This document shows positions 53,421-63,187 of a DNA stretch of 64,000 nt, piece by piece. A program made the position numbers and the translations under genes. Numbering within the stretch: position 1 is the first letter of the stretch; each line of letters opens with the position of its first letter. The stretch covers positions 608,001 to 672,000 of the forward strand of contig OZ245002.1 of the NCBI GenBank assembly GCA_965223415.1, read 5' to 3'. The notes beneath the pieces were generated by a model. The model saw only the letters and a program-made list of their open reading frames with translations, did not search any database and was not told the DNA's origin. The DNA is from Myxococcota bacterium (GTDB lineage: Bacteria; Myxococcota_A; UBA9160; UBA6930).

Positions 53421-55937
53421 CTACGGCCCGACGTCGAGGAAGAGGGAGAGATCGGGGGCAAGATCGAGCGTGTCTGCGAGGACGTGCTCGGCGACCTGGG
53501 GGTTGTCCTCGAAGGGCTCGAGGTCGAGCCAGCGGGCCTTTCCGGGCCGAAGGGACGGGAGCGGCTGGGTCGCCCCGCCGAGCACGGCCCAGTGGGCGAC
53601 GCGGATGCGGTCCTCGCCCAGCTCGCCCTCCTCGACACGCAGGACTTCCCACTCCGACACGGCCAACGCCTCGCGATAGGGCGCGATCTCCTCGAGCGTC
53701 GGGGGATCGGAGGCGGCCACGAGTCGCGCTCGAAGCCGGAGCCTCGGGGTCACTTCGCGCGCTTCGACTCGTGCGAGGGCCGCGTGGGCGTTGGCCGCCG
53801 CCTCACCCTCCTCCATGAAGCGGCAGTAGAGGGCGATGCCCTCCAGGGCACCCCGCCAGTCGTGCTCTCCCTTCGAGTCACTCCCGAACAGCAGCAGGCT
53901 CGCCTCGTCGAGCTTCTCGAGATCCCCCTGGACCCGGTCGGAGTCGAAGACCTTGCCGCCATCGCGATAGGCGACGAGTCGGCCCCGTTCGTGGTAGGAG
54001 ACGACGAGATGCGTCGGCTCGGAAGAGCCGAGGGTCGCGATCGTCTCCTCGGGGTCCGCCTCGTGGGTGCGCACGCGCGCCCGAAGCTCGTCTCCTCGCT
54101 GAACCAGCTGGAGGAGGAAGCGCCCGCCCTCGGTCTCGAGAAGCGCGATCTGACCCCGGTCCCCGCGCTCGACGCCGTGAGGAGTCAGCATCAATTCCAA
54201 TGTGACCGCTTCGGCGTCGCGGCAGGAGCGAGCGAAGGCCTGGCCCGCACCCTGCGCTTCGAAAGCGCCTCCGGCGAGGGCCAGGGCATGGTCGTGGTTC
54301 AGGCGGGCGCGGCCCCGGGACTGGATGGGAAAGACCACCTCGCGGTCCGATCCGGGCAGACGAACCCGGTTCTCGTCCAACGCCGTGCCGAAGAGGTAGA
54401 CCAGCCTGGCAGGATCCCGCGGCCAGGTCGAGCGCTCCACCTCGAGCTCTTGCGGCGGGGCATCGTGGCCCACGCGATCCCGCACGCCCTCGAGTCGCAA
54501 GACGTCGCGGGTGGGCAGGTCCGCCGCCGCCGCGACTCGCAGTGTGTGGCGGTCGGGGCGTAGCGCGACCGAGGCCAGGGGGACCCCGGACACGAGCGTG
54601 GCCTCGACGCCTGCGACGTCGATCGGCTCGTCGAAGACCACGTCGACTTCCCGGCCCCGAACGACCGTGCGCAAGACCGCCGGGGGACGAGGCGGCTTGA
54701 CGTCCACGCGGGCGTGCAGCTCCTCGTCGCCACGCCGGGCGACGAGCGCATAGGTCCCCGCCGCCTCGTACGCGTGACGCCCGACCGCGGACTCGACACG
54801 CTGGCCGTCGCCGAAGTCCCACCGCCAGGGGCCGCCCTCGACGTGGTCCGGGCTCACGTGCTCCGGGTCGATCTCCACGGCGAACGGTGCTTCGCCGCCC
54901 AGGTGACCCAGCTCGAGCCCCCCGACGAACACGTCGGGGAAGCGATCGACGCCGACATCGAAGGTGTAGCGGATGGGATCGCCCACCAGCTCGAGCGTCA
55001 TCGGGTCGATCGGCGCCACGAAGATCTCGTAGTCCGTGCGGAAGTGGTCGTGGTCGCCGTTCGACGCCCCGAAGGTGAGCAGACGCTGGTCGGGTGAGAC
55101 CATCGGGAAGTAGACGTAGCGGAAGCTCGGATCGAGCCGGGGATCATCCTTGTCGACGATGGTCCCGGTGCGTTCGCTTGCGAGGTCGATCCGCAGGATC
55201 GGCCCGCCCGAACGGGTGGTCCAGAAGCCGAAGCGGCCGTCGCGGGTGAGATAGGACTGACATCCCGCGCGACGGGCACTCGGCGCGAGGGTCCGGGCCT
55301 CGGCATCGAAGGGGCTGAAGAGCGGGTCGTTGGAGGTTCCGTGGCTCTTCTGCGGGTTCAGCAGGAAGGCCCGCTTGCCGGGCGGCGGCTTCGCGACCAG
55401 GGAGGCGTCCCCGGTCCGCAGATCGAGCTCGCGTGTCTCCAGGCCGCGGGTCACGTAGAACAGGCGGTGACCGTCGATCCAGACGACCGATCGGCTCTGC
55501 CCGTAGGACCGCGCGTCCCGTGCGACCGTCTGCTCGCGACCGTCGGCGAGATGGAGGATGCGGAGCTCGATGGGAACGTCCGGAGGCACAGGGTGGTAGG
55601 AGTTCCGGCCGCGCGGGTAGCTCAGGTAGGCGATGCGCGTTCCGTCCGGTGAGACGTGTGCGCCGAAGTGGTCGCGCTCGGGCTCATCGGGACTGAGCTG
55701 GCGCAGGCCCGAGCCGTCGAGCCCGCGTGTCCAGATCCGCCAGGAGCCCGTCCGGTTCGACTCCCAGACGACGAATCCGTTACCGAGAGCAGCCAGGGAG
55801 GCGTAGGCGTCGCGGGCCTCGGCCGGGGAGGCGCCCACCGCCGCGAGTCCGGCGTCGGCCGGCTCGTCGGGATCGGAGCAGCCCCATGCCACGACCGCGC
55901 AGAGGATCGCACCGATCTGGCGAAGCAGGGGGGACAT
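53421..55937 (-). CDS. large lipoprotein: TolB-like propeller, PKD, Ig-like and LamG-like domains
   Basis: AWGC lipobox, SPDGTRIAY, WDFGDG, VVFDEPID, HLVVSY..LVAYRDG. Confidence 0.7.
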   Translation of the reverse strand: MSPLLRQIGAILCAVVAWGCSDPDEPADAGLAAVGASPAEARDAYASLAALGNGFVVWESNRTGSWRIWTRGLDGSGLRQLSPDEPERDHFGAHVSPDGTRIAYLSYPRGRNSYHPVPPDVPIELRILHLADGREQTVARDARSYGQSRSVVWIDGHRLFYVTRGLETRELDLRTGDASLVAKPPPGKRAFLLNPQKSHGTSNDPLFSPFDAEARTLAPSARRAGCQSYLTRDGRFGFWTTRSGGPILRIDLASERTGTIVDKDDPRLDPSFRYVYFPMVSPDQRLLTFGASNGDHDHFRTDYEIFVAPIDPMTLELVGDPIRYTFDVGVDRFPDVFVGGLELGHLGGEAPFAVEIDPEHVSPDHVEGGPWRWDFGDGQRVESAVGRHAYEAAGTYALVARRGDEELHARVDVKPPRPPAVLRTVVRGREVDVVFDEPIDVAGVEATLVSGVPLASVALRPDRHTLRVAAAADLPTRDVLRLEGVRDRVGHDAPPQELEVERSTWPRDPARLVYLFGTALDENRVRLPGSDREVVFPIQSRGRARLNHDHALALAGGAFEAQGAGQAFARSCRDAEAVTLELMLTPHGVERGDRGQIALLETEGGRFLLQLVQRGDELRARVRTHEADPEETIATLGSSEPTHLVVSYHERGRLVAYRDGGKVFDSDRVQGDLEKLDEASLLLFGSDSKGEHDWRGALEGIALYCRFMEEGEAAANAHAALARVEAREVTPRLRLRARLVAASDPPTLEEIAPYREALAVSEWEVLRVEEGELGEDRIRVAHWAVLGGATQPLPSLRPGKARWLDLEPFEDNPQVAEHVLADTLDLAPDLSLFLDVGP

Positions 55938-56289
55938 GTCTTGGAGCCAGCCTAGCCGCCGGAGCGGCCGCTCCCGCAGGCGTTCTCACCCATCCTTCAT
56001 GCGCGCGGCGGTCGGTGGAGTGCACCGCCGCGCGCACCGCGCGGGCGCCGCCACCGCGCCTCGGCCCGGCTTCGAAGTGCCCGATTTCCCAGGCTTCGTG
56101 CCTCCCTTGCGGCGGGTTCCGAAGGATCGAGGCCGACCTGGTCGAGATCCGCGGGCTGGGCTCGCAGACCAGGCCGTTCCGCGAGCCCAGCCGTGCGCTT
56201 CGCCTGGCGTGGTCTTCCCGGGCTGGTAGAGCGTGCCGAGCGCAGCTGGGCGCGCATGCAATCTCAGAGCCAACACGAGGAGCGACGAT

Positions 56290-56500
56290 CCACGCAGTAC
56301 CGCTTCCATGGCCGAGGAAGCGGGCGTCCCTCGCGCCGGCCACGCGCTCCAGCCGACGGGATCGGCGACTTCGGTGCGCCGGCGACGAGGGGACCGGGAC
56401 ATCACCGATGGGCCGTTCGCCGAGACCAAGCAACGGCTCGGAGGATACTCCTTGCTCGAGAGCAAGGACCTCGACGGGGCCGTCACCTGGGCAGCTCACC
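56290..56500 (+). pseudogene. YciI (DGPF-domain) remnant
   Basis: HALQP.ATSVR..ITDGPFAETKQRLGGY..DLDGAVTWA; normal N- and C-termini absent. Confidence 0.7.
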
Positions 56501-56586
56501 GTCGTCGGCTTCGAGGGCGCGGGCTAGGTCAGATGCTCGGGGCGTGCGCCGCTCATGGAAGGCCTCCTTTGGTCCCGGCACCGAAG

Positions 56587-57345
56587 TCACACTCCCGGCC
56601 GCAGGACGTAGAAGACATAGCTGTACGATCCCCCGCTCGCCCGGTAGAGCTCCGATTCGGCGGTGGCCGCGTCGAGGGCGGCGATCCGGTCCGGGTCGCG
56701 CGCCCCCTCGCGGAGGGCTTCGATCCGCCGGTCGATCGGTTCGTAGTAGCTGTGCCAGTCCTCCGGCGGCTGTGGGAAGCTCCCGAGCACGTCGTAGCCG
56801 CAGGCGTACGCGACGTGGAGGTTGTCCTCGTGGAGCTGCATCGCGGGATACTCGGCCTGCCAGAACTCCGCCGCGGCCGCGGGCGGATCCGGCTTCAGCC
56901 AGGTGGCCTCCGACACCACCAGGCAGCCGCCCGGGGCGAGCCACTCCCGCCAGGTGCGAAGCCCCGTCTCGAGGCCGACGTTGTAGACGGCGCCCTCGCA
57001 CCAGATCAGGTCGTAACCCCCGGCCTCGGGTGTGATCTCGATCATGGAGCCGACTTCGCCGACCACGCGATCCGCGAGGCCGCGCCCGGAGGCGCGCCGG
57101 TTGAGGTCCTCGATGAAGGGCGGCAGCAGGTCGACCGCGCGGATCGTGCCGTCGGTGAGCGCCGCGAGATCGAAGGTCTGACGTCCGGGGCCACAGCCCA
57201 GGTCGAGCACCCGTGGCTTCGGCGGGAGATCCGGCAGCATCTCGAAGGCGCGTCGCGTCGACGTAGCGCTTCCCGGACTCTGCTGAAGCAGGCCCTCGTG
57301 GAGCTCCCAGAAGACCTTCATGGCGGCTCGGGTGGCATGGTCCAT
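56587..57345 (-). CDS. class I SAM-dependent methyltransferase
   Basis: VLDLGCGPG, DLIWCEGAVY, YVFYV. Confidence 0.88.
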   Translation of the reverse strand: MDHATRAAMKVFWELHEGLLQQSPGSATSTRRAFEMLPDLPPKPRVLDLGCGPGRQTFDLAALTDGTIRAVDLLPPFIEDLNRRASGRGLADRVVGEVGSMIEITPEAGGYDLIWCEGAVYNVGLETGLRTWREWLAPGGCLVVSEATWLKPDPPAAAAEFWQAEYPAMQLHEDNLHVAYACGYDVLGSFPQPPEDWHSYYEPIDRRIEALREGARDPDRIAALDAATAESELYRASGGSYSYVFYVLRPGV

Positions 57346-57575
57346 CGCGCCGGGGAGCCTACGCACCCCCAGGAGCTCGGTCGAGTCGTCCTGCCCCGGC
57401 GGGCGACGCATCTACGTGCGGGGTCGCCGAAGATCTCAGCGATCCGAAGAAAACTAGGGATCGAAGATCCCCTGGCCCGCGTCCAGCGCCACTGACGTCC
57501 CGACGGCCGGCGGAGTGAAGGGCGCGTCGGCCCGCTCCTTCCACTGGAGCCAGCGGAGCGACGGGTGCTCGAGGG

Positions 57576-57872
57576 GGACTCGTGGCTGCCGTAGCCGGCG
57601 TCGAGGGCGATGTCGCCGATGCGCCGGGGATCCCCGAGCACCCGGGCTGCGGCCCGTTCCAGGCGGAGCCGGCGCAGGTAGGCGGTCGGAGGCTCCCCGA
57701 CCCGATCCCGGAACAGCCGGTGGAGGTGATGGGGCGCGGCGCCGGCCCGGCGCGCGAGCGCTCCCAGGCCAAGGTCGTCGGTGGTATCCGCGTGGATGGC
57801 GTCGAGGGCGGCCGCGACCTGCATCCGGCGGTGGAGCCGGGTCTCGGGCTTCGGGGACGACCGACGCGGCAT
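57576..57872 (-). pseudogene. truncated AraC-family regulator
   Basis: HLHRLF..VGE...YLRRLRLERAA...IALDAGYGSHE, then similarity is lost before the AF.RAF helix. Confidence 0.65.
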
Positions 57873-58087
57873 GGGCCGAGCCTAGGCGAGCCGGGCCGGC
57901 TCGGACTTGATCGAGCTTGCGAATCTGCGGGCCCGGGAGGTGGCCGGCGCTCTCATCCGCACGGAAAAATCCTTAGAGTCCGGATGCTTACGGATGGTCA
58001 GGGTTCGGTCGGCCGCCGGTAAGGACCCGCCGGCGCCCTCCCCCGATGATGCTCCTCGTCCCGTGCAGGGACCCACGAGGAGACACG

Positions 58088-58849
58088 ATGAACCGCTTCC
58101 TGGCCCTGGCCTACGGCTCCGTCAGCTACCTGATCTTCTTCGGCACCTTCCTCTACGCGATCGGCTTCGTCGCGGGCGCCCCGCTCCCGACCACCCTCGA
58201 CGGCGGCGCGGGAGGCCCGGCCCTGGGCAGGGCCGTCGCGATCGACGCGCTCCTGCTGATGCTCTTCGCGATCCAGCACAGCGTGATGGCGCGGCCCGGG
58301 TTCAAGTGCTTCCTCACGCGCTTCGTTCCCGAGACGATCGAGCGCAGCACCTACGTGCTCGCCTCCAGCCTGGCGATGATCGCGCTCTTCGCCTTCTGGC
58401 AGCCGATGCCCCAGGTCGTGTGGCAGGTGAGCGATCCGATCCTGCGGGCGGCCCTGTGGATCCTGTTCGCGGGCGGCGTCGCCATGATCCTGCTCTCGAC
58501 CGCGTTGATCGACCACTTCGAGCTGTTCGGTCTCCGGCAGGTCGTCTCCCACTTCCGTGGCAAGCGGGCGGTGAGCAAGCGCTTCGTGACGCCGCTCTTC
58601 TACAAGCACATCCGCCACCCGCTCTACGTGGGCTGGTTCACCTTCTTCTGGGCGACGCCGGACATGAGCGTGGGGCACCTGCTGCTGGCGATCGGCACGA
58701 CCGCCTACACCCTCGTCGCCATCGTCTTCGAGGAACGGGACCTGGCGGACGCGCTGGGCCGGGAGTACGTGAGGTGGCGCGCCGAGACGCCTGCCTTCCT
58801 GCCCCGTCTCCGCCGTGCGGATCCCGCCCGGCCCACGGTGCGCGCATGA
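58088..58849 (+). CDS. mddA: methanethiol S-methyltransferase MddA-like membrane methyltransferase
   Basis: FLYAIGFV, FAIQHSVMARPGFK, IERSTYVL, HFELFGLRQ, RHPLY, FEERDL. Confidence 0.78.
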   Translation: MNRFLALAYGSVSYLIFFGTFLYAIGFVAGAPLPTTLDGGAGGPALGRAVAIDALLLMLFAIQHSVMARPGFKCFLTRFVPETIERSTYVLASSLAMIALFAFWQPMPQVVWQVSDPILRAALWILFAGGVAMILLSTALIDHFELFGLRQVVSHFRGKRAVSKRFVTPLFYKHIRHPLYVGWFTFFWATPDMSVGHLLLAIGTTAYTLVAIVFEERDLADALGREYVRWRAETPAFLPRLRRADPARPTVRA

Positions 58850-58901
58850 GCGTCGCCGCCCTGCCTTTCTCACCCTTCGCCCCGCCCCAAAGGAGTTCGA
58901 C

Positions 58902-59972
58902 ATGACGACCGCTCCCTTCGACCCGGCCCGCGCCGAGGCCTTCGCCGATCGCGTCACCGGGTGGATCAACGCCAGCGCCCTCGCCCTGATGGGCTCGATC
59001 GGCCATCGCACGGGGCTCTTCGACGTGATGGCGACCCTCGAGCCCGCCGACAGCCATACGATCGCCCGGGAAGCGGGCCTGGCCGAGCGCTACGTCCGCG
59101 AGTGGCTCGGAGCCATGGCCACCGGCGGCGTAGTGGACTACGACGCGGAGACCGGCACCTATCACCTCCCCCGGGAGCACGCGGCTTCGCTCACCCGAAG
59201 CGCCCGGCCGGCGAACGCGGCGGTGACCCTCCAGTGGATCCCCCTGCTCAGCTCGGTGGAGGACGACGTGGTGACCTGCTTCGAAGAGGGCGGCGGCGTT
59301 CCCTACGCCTCCTTCGACCGCTTCCACGCGGTGATGGCGGAGGAGAGCGATCAGACGGTGGTCGCCGCCCTGGTCGACCACATCCTCCCCCTGGCCCCCG
59401 GGCTCACCGAGCGCCTGGAGGCGGGCATCGACGTGCTCGACGTGGGCTGTGGCGCGGGGCGAGCCCTCGCCCTGCTGGCTCGCACCTACCCGCAGAGCCG
59501 CTTCATGGGCGTGGACTTCTCGGCCGAGGCCATCGCATCGGCCGAGCGGAGCGGCGCGGGCCTCGCCAACCTGCGCTTCGCCGTGCGCGACGCCGCCGAC
59601 CTGCCGGGCATCGAAGCCTTCGACCTGGTGACCGCCTTCGACGCGATCCACGACCAGATCCGGCCCGGGGCGGTGCTCGCCGCGATCGGGAAGGTGCTGC
59701 GTCCCGACGGCGTGTTCCTGATGCAGGAGATCGGGGGGTCGAGCCACGTGGATCGGGATTGCGAGCACCCGATCGCTCCCTTCCTCTACACCGTCTCCTG
59801 CATGCACTGCATGACCGTGTCGCTCTCGAACGGGGGCGAGGGACTCGGCGCGATGTGGGGGCGAGCGCTCGCCACCCGGATGCTCGCCGACGCGGGCTTC
59901 GGGCAGGTGGATGTGGAGGCCCTGCCCCACGATCCGATCAACCTCTACTACATCTGCCGCAAGCAGGCGTAG
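58902..59972 (+). CDS. SAM-dependent methyltransferase with N-terminal wHTH (Rv2258c-like)
   Basis: GHRTGLF, ERYVREWL, LDVGCGAG, AFDAIHD, HCMTVSL..GGEGLG. Confidence 0.88.
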   Translation: MTTAPFDPARAEAFADRVTGWINASALALMGSIGHRTGLFDVMATLEPADSHTIAREAGLAERYVREWLGAMATGGVVDYDAETGTYHLPREHAASLTRSARPANAAVTLQWIPLLSSVEDDVVTCFEEGGGVPYASFDRFHAVMAEESDQTVVAALVDHILPLAPGLTERLEAGIDVLDVGCGAGRALALLARTYPQSRFMGVDFSAEAIASAERSGAGLANLRFAVRDAADLPGIEAFDLVTAFDAIHDQIRPGAVLAAIGKVLRPDGVFLMQEIGGSSHVDRDCEHPIAPFLYTVSCMHCMTVSLSNGGEGLGAMWGRALATRMLADAGFGQVDVEALPHDPINLYYICRKQA

Positions 59973-60023
59973 GGCCGCTGACCTAGGATCGGGGGGCGGC
60001 GCGGGAGCGCGCGGGAACGCCCC

Positions 60024-63000
60024 TTGATCTATCGCTTCGGCGCATACGAGCTGGACTCCGAGGCCGGCGAGCTGCGCAAGGCCGGCGCGCCCGTGTCGAT
60101 CCAGCCGAAGCCCCTCGAGCTGCTGTGCACCCTGATCGAGGCCCGCGACCGGATCGTCTCCCAGGACGAGCTCTTCGCGACGCTCTGGCCGGACGTGGCG
60201 GTCACGCCCAGCTCGCTGAACCGAGCGGTCTCCCACGCGCGACGGGCGATCGGCGACACGCACCGGGGCGAGGCGATCAAGAGCCACGCCCGGCGGGGCT
60301 ACCGCTTCTGCGCCGACGTGATCGAGGTCCACGAGCGGGAGCCCGCGGCGACAGTGAGTGCGGCCGGCGTGCCCGACCTCCCGCCCTTCGTCGGCCGGGA
60401 GCAGGCGCTCGGCCAGCTCAGCGACGCCTTCGACGCCGCCCTCGGTGGGTCGCCCCGGGTGGTGCTCCTGGAAGGCCGGGCGGGCGTCGGCAAGACCCGG
60501 CTCACCTCGGTGTTCGCGGACGAGGTGGGAGCGCGCGGTGCCTTCGTGCTCCGGGCCCAGGGCCGAGAGGGCGAGGACGTGCCGGCCTTCTGGATCTGGG
60601 CCCAGGTGCTGCGGATCCTGGCCGGCGAGGATTCGCTCCGCGATTCCCTGGAGGCGCTCGCCCGTCACTCGGCGGAGTTGGGGGCGCTGGTCCCGGAGCT
60701 CGGCGTCGACCCGCCTTCGGACGAGCGGCCCCTCTCGGGCGAGCACGGTCGCTTCCTGTTCTTCGACGCGGTCACCCGCGCGCTCGCGAACCTGGCCGCC
60801 TCGCGACCGACCCTGCTCCTCCTGGAAGATCTGCACTGGGCCGAGTCCGGCTCGCTCCGCCTGCTGGAGCACCTGGTCGAGAGCCTCGGGGACGCGCCGC
60901 TCTGCCTGGTCGTGACGGTGCGGGACGAGCCGCGCAGCGACCGAGACCCGATCGCGCGCACCCTGTCGGTGCTGCGCCGGCTGGACCGCTGCCGCCCGGT
61001 CAAGCTCGGCGGGCTCACTCGCGCCCAGGTGGGCGAGCTGCTCTCCCGGGTCCTCGGCGCACGGCCGCCGGCGGACCTCACATCGGAGCTCTTTGCCCGG
61101 ACGGAAGGAGTGCCCCTCTACCTGCGCGAGGCCGTTCGCCTGCTCAAGGACCGGGGCGCGCTCGACCGGCCGGACGAGATCCGGGCGGGCGACCTGGCGC
61201 TTCCGGCCGAGAGCCTCGGACTGATCGCTCGCGCCTTCGAGGGGCTCTCGCCGGCGGCCTCGGAGCTGATGGGCGCCGCCGCGGTGATCGGCAGGGAGTT
61301 CGGCCTCGCCGCCCTGGCCGAGACGGCGAACCGGGAACGCGCCGACGTGCTCGACCTGCTCGACGAGACGATCGACGCGGGCGTCGTGGAGGAGGATCCG
61401 GACGCCACCGCCGCCTTCCGCTTCAGCCACGCGCTGTTCCGGGAGGCCGCCTACGATCGGCTCCCGACGGGGAAACGCGCGCGCCTGCACCTGCGCACCG
61501 CGGAACGTCTCGAGCGACGTCACGCCGAGGATCCGGACTCCGTGATCGAGGCGCTCGCCCATCATCATCACCGCAGCCTGGCCGTCGGCGATCCGGAGCG
61601 GGCGTGGGAGTGCGCCACGGGCGCGGGTGCCCACGCGACCCAGCTGCTCGCCTGGGAGCAGGCCGCCCTCCACTACACCTGGGCGGACGAGGTGCTCGAG
61701 CACCTGGAGGAGACCGCTTCGGACCGGCGCTTCGAGACCTGGCTGCGGTTGGGAGAGGCCACCCTGGCGTCCGGGGATCGCCGCGCCCGCCACCAGATCC
61801 TGAAGCGGGCGATGGAGGTGGCGGGCCGGAACGACCGCAACGCGTTCTTCGCCCAGGCGGCGATCCTGTTCTGCGACACGTCCGAGTGGGCGATGCCCGA
61901 CCCGACCGCCGAGGCCTTCGTCGACGAGGCGCTCGAACGCCTGGGCCCGGAGCCGACCGCCGCTCGCGCCCGACTCCTCACCCGCCAGGTCTACCGCTAC
62001 GTCCGACGGAATCGGGCCAGGGCCGAGCCCCTCGCCCGGGAGGCCGCCGCCCTGGCGCGGAAGACCGGGGAGCCCCGGGCCATCCAGGAGGCGCTCTACG
62101 TGCTGTGCTTCTCAATCGCCGGCCCCGACGACCTGGAGGAGCGAGCCGCCCTCACCCGGGAGATGGTCGAGGCGGCGGCCGGCGCCGAGCTCGAGGCCGA
62201 GACCGTGATCGCGACCATCGACATCGCGAGCGACGCGATCACCCGCGGCGACGCGGAGGACGCCCGGCAGTGGCGCGCGGAGGCGGAGCGACTCAGCGGC
62301 GTCGCGCCCCCTCCCCTCCTCGGCTGGCATCTCGGCGTCTACGACACGGGCCTCGCGCTGCTCGAAGGCCGCGTGGCCGAGGTGCCCGAGCGTTCCGAGG
62401 CCGCGCTCTCGCTGGGCGTGCGCGTCGGACATCCGTACGCGAGGGGCTGCCACAACGCGCTCCTCGCCGTCCTCGCCTGGGAGCAGGGGCGCTTCGCCGA
62501 GGTCCTGGACCGCCTGCTCCCCTTCCTCGGTCAGCCGGAGGCCCCTCTCCATTGGGTGGGGGCCATGGCGGCCCGTGCAGCCTGGCGAGCGGGCCAACAG
62601 GAGCAGGCCCGCAGCCTGCTGGAGGGAGCCCTCGACGCCGGGGTCGGCGGTGTCCCCCGCGGCATCCGCTGGACCCGCTCCGTCGTCGAGCTCGCCCACG
62701 CTTTGGCGGACGTGGGCCGGGACGAACCGGCGGACGAGCTGCTCGCTCTCCTCGAGGCGCGCAACGAGCAGCACGGGGTGCTGCCGGTTCCCATCTGCTA
62801 CGGCGGACCGGTGCGCTACGCCCAGGCCCGGCTGTGCGATCGGCTCGGGCGCGCCGACGAGGCGGAGGACCACTTCGCCGACGCGCTGCGGGATGCGCGG
62901 CAGCTCGGGGCCCATCCGTTCGTCGCCCGGATCCTCGCCGACCAGGCCCGCCACCTCGAGCGCCGGGGAAGGGGCGGGGCGGCGCGCGAAGCCGAGGCGG

Positions 63001-63047
63001 CCGCGCAGGCCCTGTTCGACGAGCTCGGAGTCGCCCGCTTCCCGTAA
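60024..63047 (+). CDS. transcriptional regulator: OmpR-type wHTH, STAND/AAA ATPase and TPR-like region
   Basis: YRFGAYELD, RRGYRF, FVGRE, GRAGVGKT, LLEDLHWA, TEGVPLY, FSHALFRE. Confidence 0.85.
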   Translation: MIYRFGAYELDSEAGELRKAGAPVSIQPKPLELLCTLIEARDRIVSQDELFATLWPDVAVTPSSLNRAVSHARRAIGDTHRGEAIKSHARRGYRFCADVIEVHEREPAATVSAAGVPDLPPFVGREQALGQLSDAFDAALGGSPRVVLLEGRAGVGKTRLTSVFADEVGARGAFVLRAQGREGEDVPAFWIWAQVLRILAGEDSLRDSLEALARHSAELGALVPELGVDPPSDERPLSGEHGRFLFFDAVTRALANLAASRPTLLLLEDLHWAESGSLRLLEHLVESLGDAPLCLVVTVRDEPRSDRDPIARTLSVLRRLDRCRPVKLGGLTRAQVGELLSRVLGARPPADLTSELFARTEGVPLYLREAVRLLKDRGALDRPDEIRAGDLALPAESLGLIARAFEGLSPAASELMGAAAVIGREFGLAALAETANRERADVLDLLDETIDAGVVEEDPDATAAFRFSHALFREAAYDRLPTGKRARLHLRTAERLERRHAEDPDSVIEALAHHHHRSLAVGDPERAWECATGAGAHATQLLAWEQAALHYTWADEVLEHLEETASDRRFETWLRLGEATLASGDRRARHQILKRAMEVAGRNDRNAFFAQAAILFCDTSEWAMPDPTAEAFVDEALERLGPEPTAARARLLTRQVYRYVRRNRARAEPLAREAAALARKTGEPRAIQEALYVLCFSIAGPDDLEERAALTREMVEAAAGAELEAETVIATIDIASDAITRGDAEDARQWRAEAERLSGVAPPPLLGWHLGVYDTGLALLEGRVAEVPERSEAALSLGVRVGHPYARGCHNALLAVLAWEQGRFAEVLDRLLPFLGQPEAPLHWVGAMAARAAWRAGQQEQARSLLEGALDAGVGGVPRGIRWTRSVVELAHALADVGRDEPADELLALLEARNEQHGVLPVPICYGGPVRYAQARLCDRLGRADEAEDHFADALRDARQLGAHPFVARILADQARHLERRGRGGAAREAEAAAQALFDELGVARFP

Positions 63048-63137
63048 GCACGCCTTCCTGGGACGTTCTGCCTCCCGGGGTGTGGCAGGGCGTCCATCCG
63101 TCCGTGCCGAAGCGCCCGGAGGCCGCTCTTCCAGCGC

Positions 63138-63153
63138 CGGCACGGGGCTTGCG
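63138..63153 (+). promoter_or_regulatory. possible sigma54 promoter
   Basis: CGGCAC-GGGGC-TTGCG; GG/GC at -24/-12 spacing. Confidence 0.35.
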
Positions 63154-63187
63154 TCCCCACGTGCTCACCCAGGGAGGGACTCGAGAG

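Noticed and set aside
60024..63047. STAND ATPase as an Avs-type antiphage system
   Set aside because: The N-terminus is a DNA-binding wHTH, not a nuclease or other effector, which fits a transcription regulator.
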